A stretch of 64,000 nt of DNA from Promethearchaeota archaeon (GTDB lineage: Archaea > Asgardarchaeota > Lokiarchaeia > Sigyniarchaeales > SOKP01): positions 1-64,000 of the forward strand of contig JAHPZE010000002.1 of NCBI GenBank assembly GCA_019058365.1, read 5' to 3'. A program made the position numbers and the translations under genes. The notes under the pieces are model-generated. The model saw only the letters and a list, made by a program, of their open reading frames with translations, was not told where the DNA came from and did not search any database. Numbering within the stretch: the first letter of the stretch is position 1; every line of letters begins with the position of its first letter. Shown piece by piece: positions 10,393 to 20,216 of the stretch.

Positions 10393-10884
10393 ATGGTACA
10401 AGAAAAAAGATTAATAGAACTACGAAAAGTAATAAATAAGAAAAAACCTTCATTTAGACGAGTTGAGTCATGGAGATATAAAAGAGTAAAAGATCCATGG
10501 AGAAAAGCTAGAGGTATTGATTCACAAACTAGAAAGAAAGAAAAATCAGGCGTTAAATCTCCTACAATAGGATATCGAACCCCAAAAAAAGTGAGAGGCT
10601 TACATCCATCTGGATATGTAGAAGCAAAAGTCACTACAATCCAAGATTTTAGGAATTTAAATAATAAACAACATGCAATTAAACTTTCTGGTAAATTAGG
10701 TGCTAAAAAACGAATTGCGCTTATAGATTATTGTCAAAAAAGAGGTTTTAAAGTATTAAATCTTGGGATATCTCAAAGAGAAATTGAAAGTTTAGAAGCA
10801 ATGGTAGAAACGCCTATTTCTGATATGGAAGAAGAAGAATTTATTGATGTTGACGAATTAGAAGAGTCTTTAGGGGGAAAATAA
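10393..10884 (+). CDS. rpl32e: 50S ribosomal protein eL32 with acidic C-tail
   Basis: WRKARGIDS, GYRTPKKVRGLHPSG. Confidence 0.97.
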   Translation: MVQEKRLIELRKVINKKKPSFRRVESWRYKRVKDPWRKARGIDSQTRKKEKSGVKSPTIGYRTPKKVRGLHPSGYVEAKVTTIQDFRNLNNKQHAIKLSGKLGAKKRIALIDYCQKRGFKVLNLGISQREIESLEAMVETPISDMEEEEFIDVDELEESLGGK

Positions 10885-10885
10885 A

Positions 10886-11341
10886 ATGAATTTAAAGCCA
10901 CAGAGAAGGATGGCCGCTGACATTCTTAAATGCGGAGAAAATAGAGTATACTTTGATCCATATTTAATCGAAGATGTTTCACTAGCAATTACTCGAGAAG
11001 ATGTTCGCAATTTAATAAAACAAGGCGTTATACAGAAAAAATATAAAAAAGGGATCTCAAATTATAGGAAAAATATAAACCATGCTAGGAAGAAAAAAGG
11101 AAGAGCCAGAGGATTAGGAAAAAGAAAGGGCACCAAACATGCAAGAACTCCAAAGAAAAGAGCCTGGATTAGACGCATTCGACCAATTAGACGAGAACTG
11201 AAAAAACTTAGAGAAAGAAAATTAATTACCATATCAAATTATCGGAAATTATATAGAAATGCTAAAGGCGGAATGTTTACTAGTGTAGCTCAATTAAATA
11301 GATATATTAAAGAAAAAGATTTAATAAGAAGAGGTCGCTAA
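10886..11341 (+). CDS. rpl19e: 50S ribosomal protein eL19
   Basis: QRRMAADILKCGENRV, GKRKGTKHARTPKK. Confidence 0.97.
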   Translation: MNLKPQRRMAADILKCGENRVYFDPYLIEDVSLAITREDVRNLIKQGVIQKKYKKGISNYRKNINHARKKKGRARGLGKRKGTKHARTPKKRAWIRRIRPIRRELKKLRERKLITISNYRKLYRNAKGGMFTSVAQLNRYIKEKDLIRRGR

Positions 11342-11344
11342 AAA

Positions 11345-11938
11345 ATGGCAAAAGGTCCAAGGTATAAAAGATCATTTCGACGGCGATATGATGGTAAAAC
11401 GGATTATCATAAAAGATTAAAATTATTAAAATCGAGAAAATTAAGAGTAGTCATACGAGCTTCAAACGATCATATAAGAGTTCAAATTGTGGAATCTAAA
11501 TTTGGAGGAGATAATGTCTTAATCTCTGCATTTTCTAAAGAATTAGCCTCAAAATACGGTTGGAGTGCTAATAGTGGAAATATTCCGGCAGCATATTTAA
11601 CTGGGTACTTAGCAGGTTTAAGGGCAAAAACTAAAAATATTCAAGATGCTATATTTGATTTAGGTATTTTTTATCATAAAAATCGAGTACTTGCTGCTTG
11701 TAAAGGATTAATAGATACTGGACTTATTATACCATATCGTGAAGAATTTTTTCCCGAAGAATTAAAGGAAAGAATTAAAGGTATTCATATTGAGAATTAC
11801 GCAAAAAACCTAAAATCAAACGAGCCGGAAAAATATGAACAGATATTCTCCGGTTACTTAAAAAAGCAAAAATTAAATCCACAGAAAATAAGCCAAATGT
11901 TTTCGGATTCATTGAAACAGATTGAAAATAAAACTTAA
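11345..11938 (+). CDS. rpl18: 50S ribosomal protein uL18
   Basis: FRRRYDGKTDYHKRLKLL, NIPAAYLTGYLAG. Confidence 0.97.
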   Translation: MAKGPRYKRSFRRRYDGKTDYHKRLKLLKSRKLRVVIRASNDHIRVQIVESKFGGDNVLISAFSKELASKYGWSANSGNIPAAYLTGYLAGLRAKTKNIQDAIFDLGIFYHKNRVLAACKGLIDTGLIIPYREEFFPEELKERIKGIHIENYAKNLKSNEPEKYEQIFSGYLKKQKLNPQKISQMFSDSLKQIENKT

Positions 11939-11952
11939 AAAGTGAAAATATC

Positions 11953-12567
11953 ATGAGTCGATTAAGAAATATGGATGAAGAATGGGTTCCTAAAACCAAA
12001 TTGGGTGAACTTGTTCAACAAGGTTTAATTACATTAGATAAGATATATCAAAATAATTTAGTTGTTAAAGAAAAAGAAATCATTAATATTTTGCTTCCAC
12101 AATTACAGGAATCTGTGACGGATATAAAAATGGTTCAGCAGATGACTGCGAGCGGGCAGCGCTCAAAATTTAAAGCAGTTGTGCTTGTAGGGGCAGATGG
12201 TTTTATTGGAATCGGTTCAGCAAAGAGTAGAGAAGTTGGACCAGCAATTAGAAAGGCAATTGATAGAGCAAAACTTTCAGTTATTCCAGTTCTAAGAGGT
12301 TGTGGAAGTAAAGAATGTGGATGTGGAGGAACACATAGTATTCCTTTTAAGATTAAAGGAAAATGTGGTTCAGTTAGAATTCAACTTATTCCTGCTCCAG
12401 CAGGTGTAGGATTAGCTTGTGCAGATAAAGTAAAACCAGTATTAAAATTATGTGGGATTGAAGATATTTGGAGCAAAACTTTTGGTGATACTAGGACAAG
12501 TGAAAACTTAGTTAAAGCTACATTTGATGCTCTTAAAATAGCTCATAAATTTAACTTTAACATATAA
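11953..12567 (+). CDS. rps5: 30S ribosomal protein uS5
   Basis: WVPKTKLG, GCGSKECGCGGTHSIP, LIPAPAGVG. Confidence 0.97.
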   Translation: MSRLRNMDEEWVPKTKLGELVQQGLITLDKIYQNNLVVKEKEIINILLPQLQESVTDIKMVQQMTASGQRSKFKAVVLVGADGFIGIGSAKSREVGPAIRKAIDRAKLSVIPVLRGCGSKECGCGGTHSIPFKIKGKCGSVRIQLIPAPAGVGLACADKVKPVLKLCGIEDIWSKTFGDTRTSENLVKATFDALKIAHKFNFNI

Positions 12568-12584
12568 AAAGGAGTGGTGTTTAA

Positions 12585-13109
12585 ATGTCTATGGCAAAAA
12601 AGAAATCAAAATTAAAACAAACAGAATTTACATCAAAATTGTATTTCGCTGTTCGTATTAGAGGGGCCCCGGGTATGAAGGGAAAAATTTTAGATACCTT
12701 AAAGATGCTAAGAATGCATAAAGTCAATCATGGTGTGCTTGTATGGGGTAGTCCCTCATATAAAGGAATGTTAGTAAAATGTAAAGATTATATTGCTTAT
12801 GGAGAAATTGATGAAAAAACCTTAATTAGACTATTAAGAGTACGAGGAAAAGTAGAAGGGAATGTATCACTAACAGAGGAGCATATTAAAAATTTAACCA
12901 ATTACAAAAATTTTAAAGAATTAGCAAAAGCATTACTAAATGGAGAAATAAAATATCGAGAAAAAGAAATATACAAAATTAAACCAGTATTCCGATTACA
13001 TCCTCCAAGAAAAGGACATCGCGGATCTATTAAAAAGCATTATAAGGAAGGAGGAACGCTTGGTGATATTGGACTATACATCAATGAATTAATTCATAAA
13101 ATGTTATAA
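12585..13109 (+). CDS. rpl30: 50S ribosomal protein uL30 (archaeal L7-like)
   Basis: AVRIRG, KPVFRLHPPRKG. Confidence 0.96.
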   Translation: MSMAKKKSKLKQTEFTSKLYFAVRIRGAPGMKGKILDTLKMLRMHKVNHGVLVWGSPSYKGMLVKCKDYIAYGEIDEKTLIRLLRVRGKVEGNVSLTEEHIKNLTNYKNFKELAKALLNGEIKYREKEIYKIKPVFRLHPPRKGHRGSIKKHYKEGGTLGDIGLYINELIHKML

Positions 13110-13126
13110 TAAAAAGGTGAAGGAGT

Positions 13127-13609
13127 ATTACAAGAAAATTTCCAAAAAAGGTCCGTAAAATGAGAGGCAGACGTACTCATGGTTATGGAAAAGTAGGTCA
13201 ACATAGAAAAACGGGACAACGCGCTGGTAGAGGTAAAACTACTCAATGGAAAAAAAGTAAAAAAAGCTATTATTTAAAACAAAAAGAACTCGGATTTCCA
13301 GACCCAGATTGGGATATGGGAAAAAAAGGGTTTAAAAGACCACAAGATATTGTTAGAATTTATCATGATAATACAATTAATGTTAAGGATTTAGATCATA
13401 GAATTGATAGTTACGTTCTGAATAATAAAGCCACAAAATCTGGAAATACTTATAACATAAACATGAATGAAATTAATATTCAAAAAGTATTGGGAAAAGG
13501 AGATGTAAATAAAGTAATTAACATAACAGTAAATAAAGCATCTCAAAAAGCTATTGAAAAAGTAGAAGCTGCTGGTGGTAAAATTACGTTATTATCTCAA
13601 GCAGATTAG
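13127..13609 (+). CDS. rpl15: 50S ribosomal protein uL15; probable ATT start at 13127 (track starts at ATG 13160)
   Basis: MRGRRTHGYG, KVLGKG, AIEKVEAAGG. The upstream in-frame TRKFPKKVRK matches the usual uL15 N-terminus; GGTGA 6 nt before the ATT. Confidence 0.92.
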   Translation: MTRKFPKKVRKMRGRRTHGYGKVGQHRKTGQRAGRGKTTQWKKSKKSYYLKQKELGFPDPDWDMGKKGFKRPQDIVRIYHDNTINVKDLDHRIDSYVLNNKATKSGNTYNINMNEINIQKVLGKGDVNKVINITVNKASQKAIEKVEAAGGKITLLSQAD

Positions 13610-13680
13610 ATAAAATATAAATCATCATTTTTCCTTTTATATTAAAATTTTAAATATATATTTATATAAGAGATTTTAAG

Positions 13681-13818
13681 ATGGAAATAGAACACCTGAA
13701 TGAGATAGATGATGACGATGAAGATACAAAGAGGAAAAAAACATGCTTGTTATTTTGTATTATACTAATTCTAGTGATGATGTTGCCAGCAACTATTGCA
13801 TTTTTAGCTATTTTTTAA
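13681..13818 (+). CDS. Small tail-anchored membrane peptide (45 aa)
   Basis: MEIEHLNEIDDDDEDTKRKKTCLLFCIILILVMMLPATIAFLAIF: acidic, then basic, then C-terminal hydrophobic segment. Confidence 0.55.
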   Translation: MEIEHLNEIDDDDEDTKRKKTCLLFCIILILVMMLPATIAFLAIF

Positions 13819-13832
13819 AACCTTAATTCTTT

Positions 13833-14450
13833 TTAATAGAGCATCTTGTTTATTAGCTGGATTAATCCAGGTAATATAAAAATAAATCCCAGCGTATTTC
13901 CAATTATATGGACAACAGTAAATAATGCACCCGTTAGGAAATATGGTACGAATTCACTAATAGTACCAAAATAAGATAAAACATAAATTAATGAAGAAAA
14001 AATTTGAAAGCTCAAAGTAATTAATGCCCCAATCACTGCAAATATACCCATTACAGAAACTTTATACAAATCATCATCTACTTTAAACGTTCTTTTCTTT
14101 TGTAAAAGACCACTCAATAAAGCTCCTAATAATCCAGTTATAGAATAATGAATTATTTGGAAAGCTAAAAGTGGTAATGGAGATGGTCCTAAAGGATTAA
14201 AAAAGCAGAATATTAATGAACTTAGAAATCCAATTATCATTCCATCTCTTTTGCCGAGTATAAAGCCAGATAAAAAAATTGTTAGAGTAAATATCTCTAT
14301 ATTAGGGATAAATGCTAATAAATACCCTAAAACAATTGCTAAAGCAGAAAATGTGCTAATTAAGACTATACGGAAAGATTTTCTCTCAAGCCAAGGTGAA
14401 TGGTTTGATCTTTCTTGATCAAGTTCTTTTATTTCAGAATCTAATTCCAA
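13833..14450 (-). CDS. ECF transporter S component (CbrT-like, possibly cobalamin)
   Basis: FSALAIVLG...IPNIEIFTLTIFLSG; multiple TM helices; DUF4430 gene nearby. Confidence 0.75.
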   Translation of the reverse strand: MELDSEIKELDQERSNHSPWLERKSFRIVLISTFSALAIVLGYLLAFIPNIEIFTLTIFLSGFILGKRDGMIIGFLSSLIFCFFNPLGPSPLPLLAFQIIHYSITGLLGALLSGLLQKKRTFKVDDDLYKVSVMGIFAVIGALITLSFQIFSSLIYVLSYFGTISEFVPYFLTGALFTVVHIIGNTLGFIFILPGLIQLINKMLY

Positions 14451-14611
14451 TTAAATCTCATTTTTTTTTTTAATAATATAAATAAATTAATTTTTATAAA
14501 TTTTAGGAAACTTGTACTAGTTTTAGATCTTTAAATTCTAAGGGTTTTAAAGGTAAATCGTTTACATTATTATGTAATATAATTAAATTATTGTCTAAAA
14601 GGTAACTTGAC

Positions 14612-15076
14612 ATGGAAAACATTATTCTCATTAAAGAAAAGCTAGATTGTGATATATCTACAGCATTTAATTTATTTACTGCCAACGATTTATTAGAGGG
14701 TTGGTTAACTGAAAAAGCTGAGGTAGATCCAAAGGTTGGAGGAAATTATGAACTATTTTGGGACCCTAAAAACAAAGAAATTAATAGTACTATTGGATGT
14801 AAAATCACTGGAATTGAAACGGATAAATTTCTTTCATTTGATTGGAAAGGCCCTATTGATTTTCAAGCTTTTATGAATGATGCTGATCCTCTAACACATG
14901 TAATAATTTATTTTTCTCAGAATGATAATGATCCATATAAAACAACTATTCATTTATTCCATACTGGCTGGAGAAAGGATCCAGACTGGCAAAAAGCTCG
15001 CAACTATTTTGAGAAGGCTTGGTCAAAGGCACTTCAAGGATTGAAGGAAAAATTAAAGCATAAAATTTTACCATAA
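14612..15076 (+). CDS. SRPBCC/AHSA1-like domain protein
   Basis: AFNLFT..LEGWL, DPKVGGNY, LSFDW, LFHTGW, KAWSKAL. Confidence 0.85.
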   Translation: MENIILIKEKLDCDISTAFNLFTANDLLEGWLTEKAEVDPKVGGNYELFWDPKNKEINSTIGCKITGIETDKFLSFDWKGPIDFQAFMNDADPLTHVIIYFSQNDNDPYKTTIHLFHTGWRKDPDWQKARNYFEKAWSKALQGLKEKLKHKILP

Positions 15077-15086
15077 TTTAAAAAAT

Positions 15087-15219
15087 TTACTCTACAATCT
15101 CAATTTCTTCTCTTTCGAGCGATACTTCTTCCCTTTTCATGTCTTCTCATACTAATAGCACTATTTCGGCATGAAACTGAATATAAACCACACCCCATAC
15201 ATCTATTAAAATAATCAAG
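15087..15219 (-). pseudogene. Degenerate remnant of a 4Fe-4S ferredoxin-domain gene 3' end
   Basis: Minus strand reads NRCMGCGLYSVSCRNSAISM (CxxCGxCxxxCPxxAI with third Cys and Pro lost), followed by a frame change. Confidence 0.55.
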
Positions 15220-15276
15220 ATTAGAGATTTAATTCAATTTCGAAAATTTAAAAATAGAAAAATCATTTTTATATAT

Positions 15277-15306
15277 TAGGAAAGTTAGACTAGGTTAACT
15301 TTCCTA
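15277..15306. promoter_or_regulatory. Perfect 11-bp inverted repeat (TAGGAAAGTTA-N8-TAACTTTCCTA); operator or hairpin
   Basis: Read directly; lies about 80 nt upstream of the 15389 gene. Confidence 0.5.
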
Positions 15307-15388
15307 TATATCTTTATCTATTATTAATCAACAATAAACAGTATTTATATATTATTATAAAAGAATCTGAACAAAGGAGTGTATAATT

Positions 15389-16201
15389 GTGAAATTTAAG
15401 CATATTTCAAGCAAAAAGTTAATCATTTTTTTAGTAATTCCGTTGTTGTTCTCTTTAACAATTAATTCAACAAGAGCAAATATTACAATTCCCATAAATT
15501 ATTCTCAGCAATTAGAATTAAATAGAACGTATATTTACAATGTCACACAATTTGATTCAAAATTTACATGGCTTGATTTAAATTGGTTTCCGCGAGGTGA
15601 TGCAATTACAAATTCAGGTGGCCAGATTGTTGTTAATTTTACAGGATTTTATGATGATGATGCTTCGGCATTTTCAGCATCATGTTTTAACAATCCTATT
15701 CCTTACATTAACATATCTTTCATAGAAAATATAACTGGAATGTTGGTTACTAACACTACATTCTATAATGTATCTAATAGCGAAGCAGGATTATCTTTAG
15801 CTATTGGGTATAATTCGTTTCATTCTGGTTTTCTAATTCAAATTAACAATTTAGTAAACTTAACAACCTTAGCTGTGGAACAGGTATTAGATACGGGATT
15901 CTTACCAGGAGAATTCATTTTTAAGGGATATGATTATATGGTTGAATTTACTTTTAAACAAGATAATAAGAATCAAAATAGTACGATGATTTATGATAGA
16001 ACAACTGGTATTCTTGTATATAGTAAAGTCCAGAGTATTTTTGGCCCTGATCTAGAGATACAATTAAGTGGTTATGAATTAAATTTTCAAAAGACTGGAC
16101 TAGGAATTCCATCGTTTCCCTTATTTTTACTTGGTGCTATAAGTACTACGACTTTAATAGTAATGATTTCCAATTTAATCAAGAAAATAAGAACGACCTA
16201 A
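15389..16201 (+). CDS. Secreted glycoprotein with Loki-CTERM-like C-terminal anchor
   Basis: Signal peptide, many NxS/T sequons, C-terminal GIPSFP + TM + KKIR. Confidence 0.75.
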   Translation: MKFKHISSKKLIIFLVIPLLFSLTINSTRANITIPINYSQQLELNRTYIYNVTQFDSKFTWLDLNWFPRGDAITNSGGQIVVNFTGFYDDDASAFSASCFNNPIPYINISFIENITGMLVTNTTFYNVSNSEAGLSLAIGYNSFHSGFLIQINNLVNLTTLAVEQVLDTGFLPGEFIFKGYDYMVEFTFKQDNKNQNSTMIYDRTTGILVYSKVQSIFGPDLEIQLSGYELNFQKTGLGIPSFPLFLLGAISTTTLIVMISNLIKKIRTT

Positions 16202-16242
16202 AAATTAAAAATTTTTTTTTTTAAAATTAGTGAACCCAATCT

Positions 16243-16635
16243 ATGAATAAGAAATTGAAATTTTTCTTTATAGGAATTGTGGGAATAGCCAGTTTTTCAT
16301 TGCTTTTAATAGTTAACTTCAACTTAAATTATAATCCTACTACTCTACCTAAAGAAAGCGTTAACAATATTACTTTAATAGTTGATTATAAAAATGGTAC
16401 CATTAAAGTTCAAGAAAATTTTACTTTAGATAATCAGAAAACAACAGCTTTTGATGCGTTAGATAAATGGTGTGATGTTAAATACGTTGATTTTGGTTGG
16501 GGATTATTTGTGAATGAAATTGATGGGATTAGTGGGGGGTGGATTTATTTGGTTAATAACAATACACCGAATGTAGCTGCTCCTGACTATCCATTAAATG
16601 ACGGAGATGAGGTAAAATGGCTGATAAAAGAATAA
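16243..16635 (+). CDS. DUF4430 (transcobalamin C-terminal-like) membrane-anchored protein
   Basis: TAFDAL...GLFVNEIDGI..GWIYLVNN...YPLNDGDEVKW. Confidence 0.8.
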   Translation: MNKKLKFFFIGIVGIASFSLLLIVNFNLNYNPTTLPKESVNNITLIVDYKNGTIKVQENFTLDNQKTTAFDALDKWCDVKYVDFGWGLFVNEIDGISGGWIYLVNNNTPNVAAPDYPLNDGDEVKWLIKE

Positions 16636-16729
16636 CATTATTTAAAAAGTTAGTATTATATTAACATTAAATTTTAACTCCAATACTTTCTTTTATATAA
16701 ATAAAAAATTCGAAAATAAACAAGATAGT

Positions 16730-17173
16730 CTAATAAGTCATATCTTTTGTTTCAATTTTTTGTAAAACGGGTTCCATTTCTCTAAATGATTTTCTAATTT
16801 TGTGAAAATAATACCCTAACTTGTATCCTTTTTTACAATTAGTAAATAACATAAAATTATTCTCTGCAGATCCAACCAAAATAATTGTATATCCTTTAGT
16901 TCCTCTAATGACAATGTCTCTTAATTCACCTTGTTGTAAACCTTGGCTAATTTTTTCCCCTAGGGAAATTAAAGTAGCTGGACTAGCGCTATAGATATCC
17001 CAAACAACATCAGCAGTTTCAGAACTAGCAATTCTTAATCCTGTTTTTGAAACTACAGCCGTTCCTTCCAAATCGGTTGAAGCTTCTAGCCTCTCTAAAG
17101 TACGCATTAATTCATCTAGAATATCTTGGCTGATGTCGATTTCAGAATCATTAGCTTTTTCCAATTTTAACAC
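16730..17173 (-). CDS. Roadblock/LAMTOR (MglB-like) domain protein
   Basis: LEGTAVVSKTGLRIAS, LQQGELRDIVIRGTKGYTII, KLGYYF. Confidence 0.88.
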   Translation of the reverse strand: MLKLEKANDSEIDISQDILDELMRTLERLEASTDLEGTAVVSKTGLRIASSETADVVWDIYSASPATLISLGEKISQGLQQGELRDIVIRGTKGYTIILVGSAENNFMLFTNCKKGYKLGYYFHKIRKSFREMEPVLQKIETKDMTY

Positions 17174-17204
17174 CTCTGTTAAGATAATATTAATTTTTAG
17201 TAAT

Positions 17205-18623
17205 TTAAATGTTTTTTAGTTTAAAACTTCTTAATTCTTTTAAAAATACGGGATCTCCTTTTTTTATCTTCTTGTTTTCATTTTTAAAACCCACAATAAC
17301 AGCCCCTTTAGTGCCAAAAGTGTTTAAAACCTTTGTAAACGGGGGTTCTAAGATTTTTCCAATAATTTTTTTTGCACCAATAGCGCTTTGCGCTAATCCT
17401 AAGCAGATAATTCCTTGAGGATGTTCAGGATTCTTTATTATACCTTTTTTAGTTTTGTATTTATAAAATAAAGGGAGATCTTTATATATTTTCAATAACT
17501 CTGCTGATCCTAATATCCTTAAAGTAGTAGGAGGTAAATCTAATCGACTTAGGAGCATAATTGTTCTCTCTTTTCTTATTAGAACTTTTTCTTTAAATAA
17601 AATTAAAGCATTAAACCCTCGATCCGTATTTTTGATTGTAGTTTCAATTCTTTTTCCATCTAATTCATAATATGGATAAATTTTACCAGTAGTTGTTACC
17701 ATTCCAATCGTAATATGAATTTGTGTGCCAAACTTTGTCTTGGATTTGAATAACTTATTGGTATTTACCTTTATTTCAATAATATTGCAATAATCAAAAT
17801 CATTTGGGTTATTTGTAGCATAACAGCCCCGATAAACTTTTTTCAAATCTAATCCTTTTATATTGATGCCAATCCTATCACCAGCTTTTGCAATTTCAAC
17901 ATTATGGTGAAAGATTTGAATGTTTTTTACTCTCCCAGACATATTTACTGGTAATACCTCTAAATTTTGATTTAACCTTAGGGTTCCATTTAAAAGTGTA
18001 CCTGTTAATATTGCTCCCATACCTTTTATAGGGAAATGATGATCAATAGGAATTATAATATCTCCTTCACTATGTCTTTCAATTTTTAATGAATTAATCA
18101 TCTCTAATATTCCATTTTTTAGTTCTTCAAATCCATCTTCCTTTTTTGCAGAAACCGCAAAAATTGGAACATCATGACCGAAGGAGGTCGAATCAAAAAA
18201 TTCTCTTGTTTTATTGATTTCTATTTCAAGGTTTCCAGTAAAAAGATCAATTTTATTGAGAATCACAAGGATCTTATCGATTTTAAGTGATTCGATCATA
18301 ATAAGATGCTCTCCTGTTTGAACTTGAGGGCCTTTATTAATATCTATGACAATTAAAGCACAATCAATAATTTCTACTGAGGATGCACTAATTTTTATTA
18401 GATCTGCATGACCGGGGCCATCTACTAAGGTAATTAGATACTTATCCAATAAAAAACTTGTAAAACCCAGATCTATTGTTATCCCTCTTTCTTTGCTTTG
18501 GGGATGTGCATCAATACCAGCTGTAGAAATTATTTCACTAATTACTTTTGCTATAGCCGTCTTCCCAGAGTCGATATGTCCAAACAATCCAATGTGTATT
18601 GGGATTTTCTTTTCAATATCCAT
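17205..18623 (-). CDS. selB: Selenocysteine-specific elongation factor SelB (aSelB/eEFSec type)
   Basis: GHIDSGKT, ERGITIDLGF, VDGPGHA, QTGEHL, NKID, IDHHFPIKGMG, RLDL; tRNA-Sec and SepSecS lie nearby. Confidence 0.92.
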   Translation of the reverse strand: MDIEKKIPIHIGLFGHIDSGKTAIAKVISEIISTAGIDAHPQSKERGITIDLGFTSFLLDKYLITLVDGPGHADLIKISASSVEIIDCALIVIDINKGPQVQTGEHLIMIESLKIDKILVILNKIDLFTGNLEIEINKTREFFDSTSFGHDVPIFAVSAKKEDGFEELKNGILEMINSLKIERHSEGDIIIPIDHHFPIKGMGAILTGTLLNGTLRLNQNLEVLPVNMSGRVKNIQIFHHNVEIAKAGDRIGINIKGLDLKKVYRGCYATNNPNDFDYCNIIEIKVNTNKLFKSKTKFGTQIHITIGMVTTTGKIYPYYELDGKRIETTIKNTDRGFNALILFKEKVLIRKERTIMLLSRLDLPPTTLRILGSAELLKIYKDLPLFYKYKTKKGIIKNPEHPQGIICLGLAQSAIGAKKIIGKILEPPFTKVLNTFGTKGAVIVGFKNENKKIKKGDPVFLKELRSFKLKNI

Positions 18624-18787
18624 CTCTAATTACATTAAAAATGACTTAAATTTATAGATTGTTATTGAGTTTGATTAAAAATTTAACATAATATAAGGAA
18701 TTTCAAAAATCGGACTCAATTAATTTTAATTATAATTTTAATTTAAGATAACATATAATTTACTAACTATATTTTTATGGTGAAGTA

Positions 18788-19669
18788 ATGAGCCCAAAGT
18801 TTTGTGTCTATTGTGGTAGTCCTGTAAAAGAAACAGATAAATACTGTATCATCTGCGGTAAACCAATGCTTACAGACATTCCAAAAGCAGCAAAAAGATT
18901 AGATAGAAAAGAAGAGATAAAAAAGGAAGAAGAATTTAAAGTTGAAGAAAAAATAGAAGAAAAGGAACAAAAGGATGAGGAACAGAAGGATAGAATTTTA
19001 GATATGGAAGAAACAGATAAAGATAAGAAGATTTCAAAACAAAAAAAAGAAAAAGGGGGTATAAAACCTCTTCCTGAAGAAGTAAAAGAACAAATGGTTT
19101 ATTATATTGAATATAATGATATTCAATTGAATAAACAAGTCCTTGCTGAAAAATTAACTGATATTTCAAAATCAACGAAAGATGAGAAGTATGATTATGA
19201 CATGGAATTTAAAAAAGAAGTAAATTTAAAATTAGAGGCAATAAAAACCTTAATAAGTGAATTAAAACAAAAAGAGAATGCAATTAAGCAGAACTTAGAA
19301 GAACCTTTCATTGTTCAAAGGATCCAAAATGATATCGATACTAAAATATTTCAACTTGAAAATTTAGCGAGAGAACATAAATTGCATAAAGTTGATAAAG
19401 AAACTTTTGAAAAGTTAAAAGAAAAATATAAACAAGAAAAAATTGAGCTAGAAACTGAAAGAGAAGAGTTAATAGAAGGGATGAAATTATGGATTCAAGA
19501 TTTAAAATTAGAGAAAGCAGAAGTATCTGGAGAGAGAAAACTTAGTAAGGGTAGATATCATGCGAAAGAGCTTACGGAGGATGAATTCAATGAAAAAGAT
19601 AAAGAATTTGACCTTAAATTGAAAAAAATTAATACTAAAATTAGCACATTAGAAAAATTAACAAAATAG
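18788..19669 (+). CDS. Zinc-ribbon plus long coiled-coil protein
   Basis: N-terminal CVYCG...CIICG, E/K-rich heptads. Confidence 0.75.
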   Translation: MSPKFCVYCGSPVKETDKYCIICGKPMLTDIPKAAKRLDRKEEIKKEEEFKVEEKIEEKEQKDEEQKDRILDMEETDKDKKISKQKKEKGGIKPLPEEVKEQMVYYIEYNDIQLNKQVLAEKLTDISKSTKDEKYDYDMEFKKEVNLKLEAIKTLISELKQKENAIKQNLEEPFIVQRIQNDIDTKIFQLENLAREHKLHKVDKETFEKLKEKYKQEKIELETEREELIEGMKLWIQDLKLEKAEVSGERKLSKGRYHAKELTEDEFNEKDKEFDLKLKKINTKISTLEKLTK

Positions 19670-19721
19670 AAATTTATAGTTAAAATATTTTTATTAAGAA
19701 ATATTAAAAGTTACAATAAAC

Positions 19722-19847
19722 ATGAGAAATAAATTAATTGCTATTATAATTTTATTAATAGGAATATCACTCATAACAATTGGAGTTATTCAAGGGCAGT
19801 ATAGTTTAATAAATTCTACTTATAAGCAAATGGTTCTAATCCCTTAA
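19722..19847 (+). CDS. Small membrane peptide (41 aa)
   Basis: MRNKLIAIIILLIGISLITIGVIQGQYSLINSTYKQMVLIP; ATG start, one TM helix. Confidence 0.5.
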   Translation: MRNKLIAIIILLIGISLITIGVIQGQYSLINSTYKQMVLIP

Positions 19848-20144
19848 TGAATCCCATTTTCCCTTTTTAACGGCATTCGAATTGTCTAAAAATCCTTTTT
19901 TCTGAAACATCTTTTCTTGTGATTTCCTAATTTTATTTGATTGATTATAATGGATTTTACATAAAAATATCTTATGTCGTGAATTAGTATTATATTTTAA
20001 GCCCGCTTTTTCTACATATTTTTTCCAAGAGTTTTCTGAAAGCGATCTTACAGCAATTTCACGACAATCATTTATCGAACATTTTTTATTTTTAGCTAAA
20101 TCACCTAAATCTTTTTTTTCTCTAAGCTCCTTCGGAAATTTCAT
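19836..20144 (-). CDS. Conserved archaeal Cys/His (Zn-finger-like) basic protein
   Basis: CSINDC..AVRSLS...FLCKIHY. Confidence 0.65.
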   Translation of the reverse strand: MKFPKELREKKDLGDLAKNKKCSINDCREIAVRSLSENSWKKYVEKAGLKYNTNSRHKIFLCKIHYNQSNKIRKSQEKMFQKKGFLDNSNAVKKGKWDSLRD

Positions 20145-20216
20145 GGTAAACCACTTGCTAAAAACTTTATTAGAATAAAATATTATGTTTTTTAAATAAT
20201 TATTATCTTAAAATTT

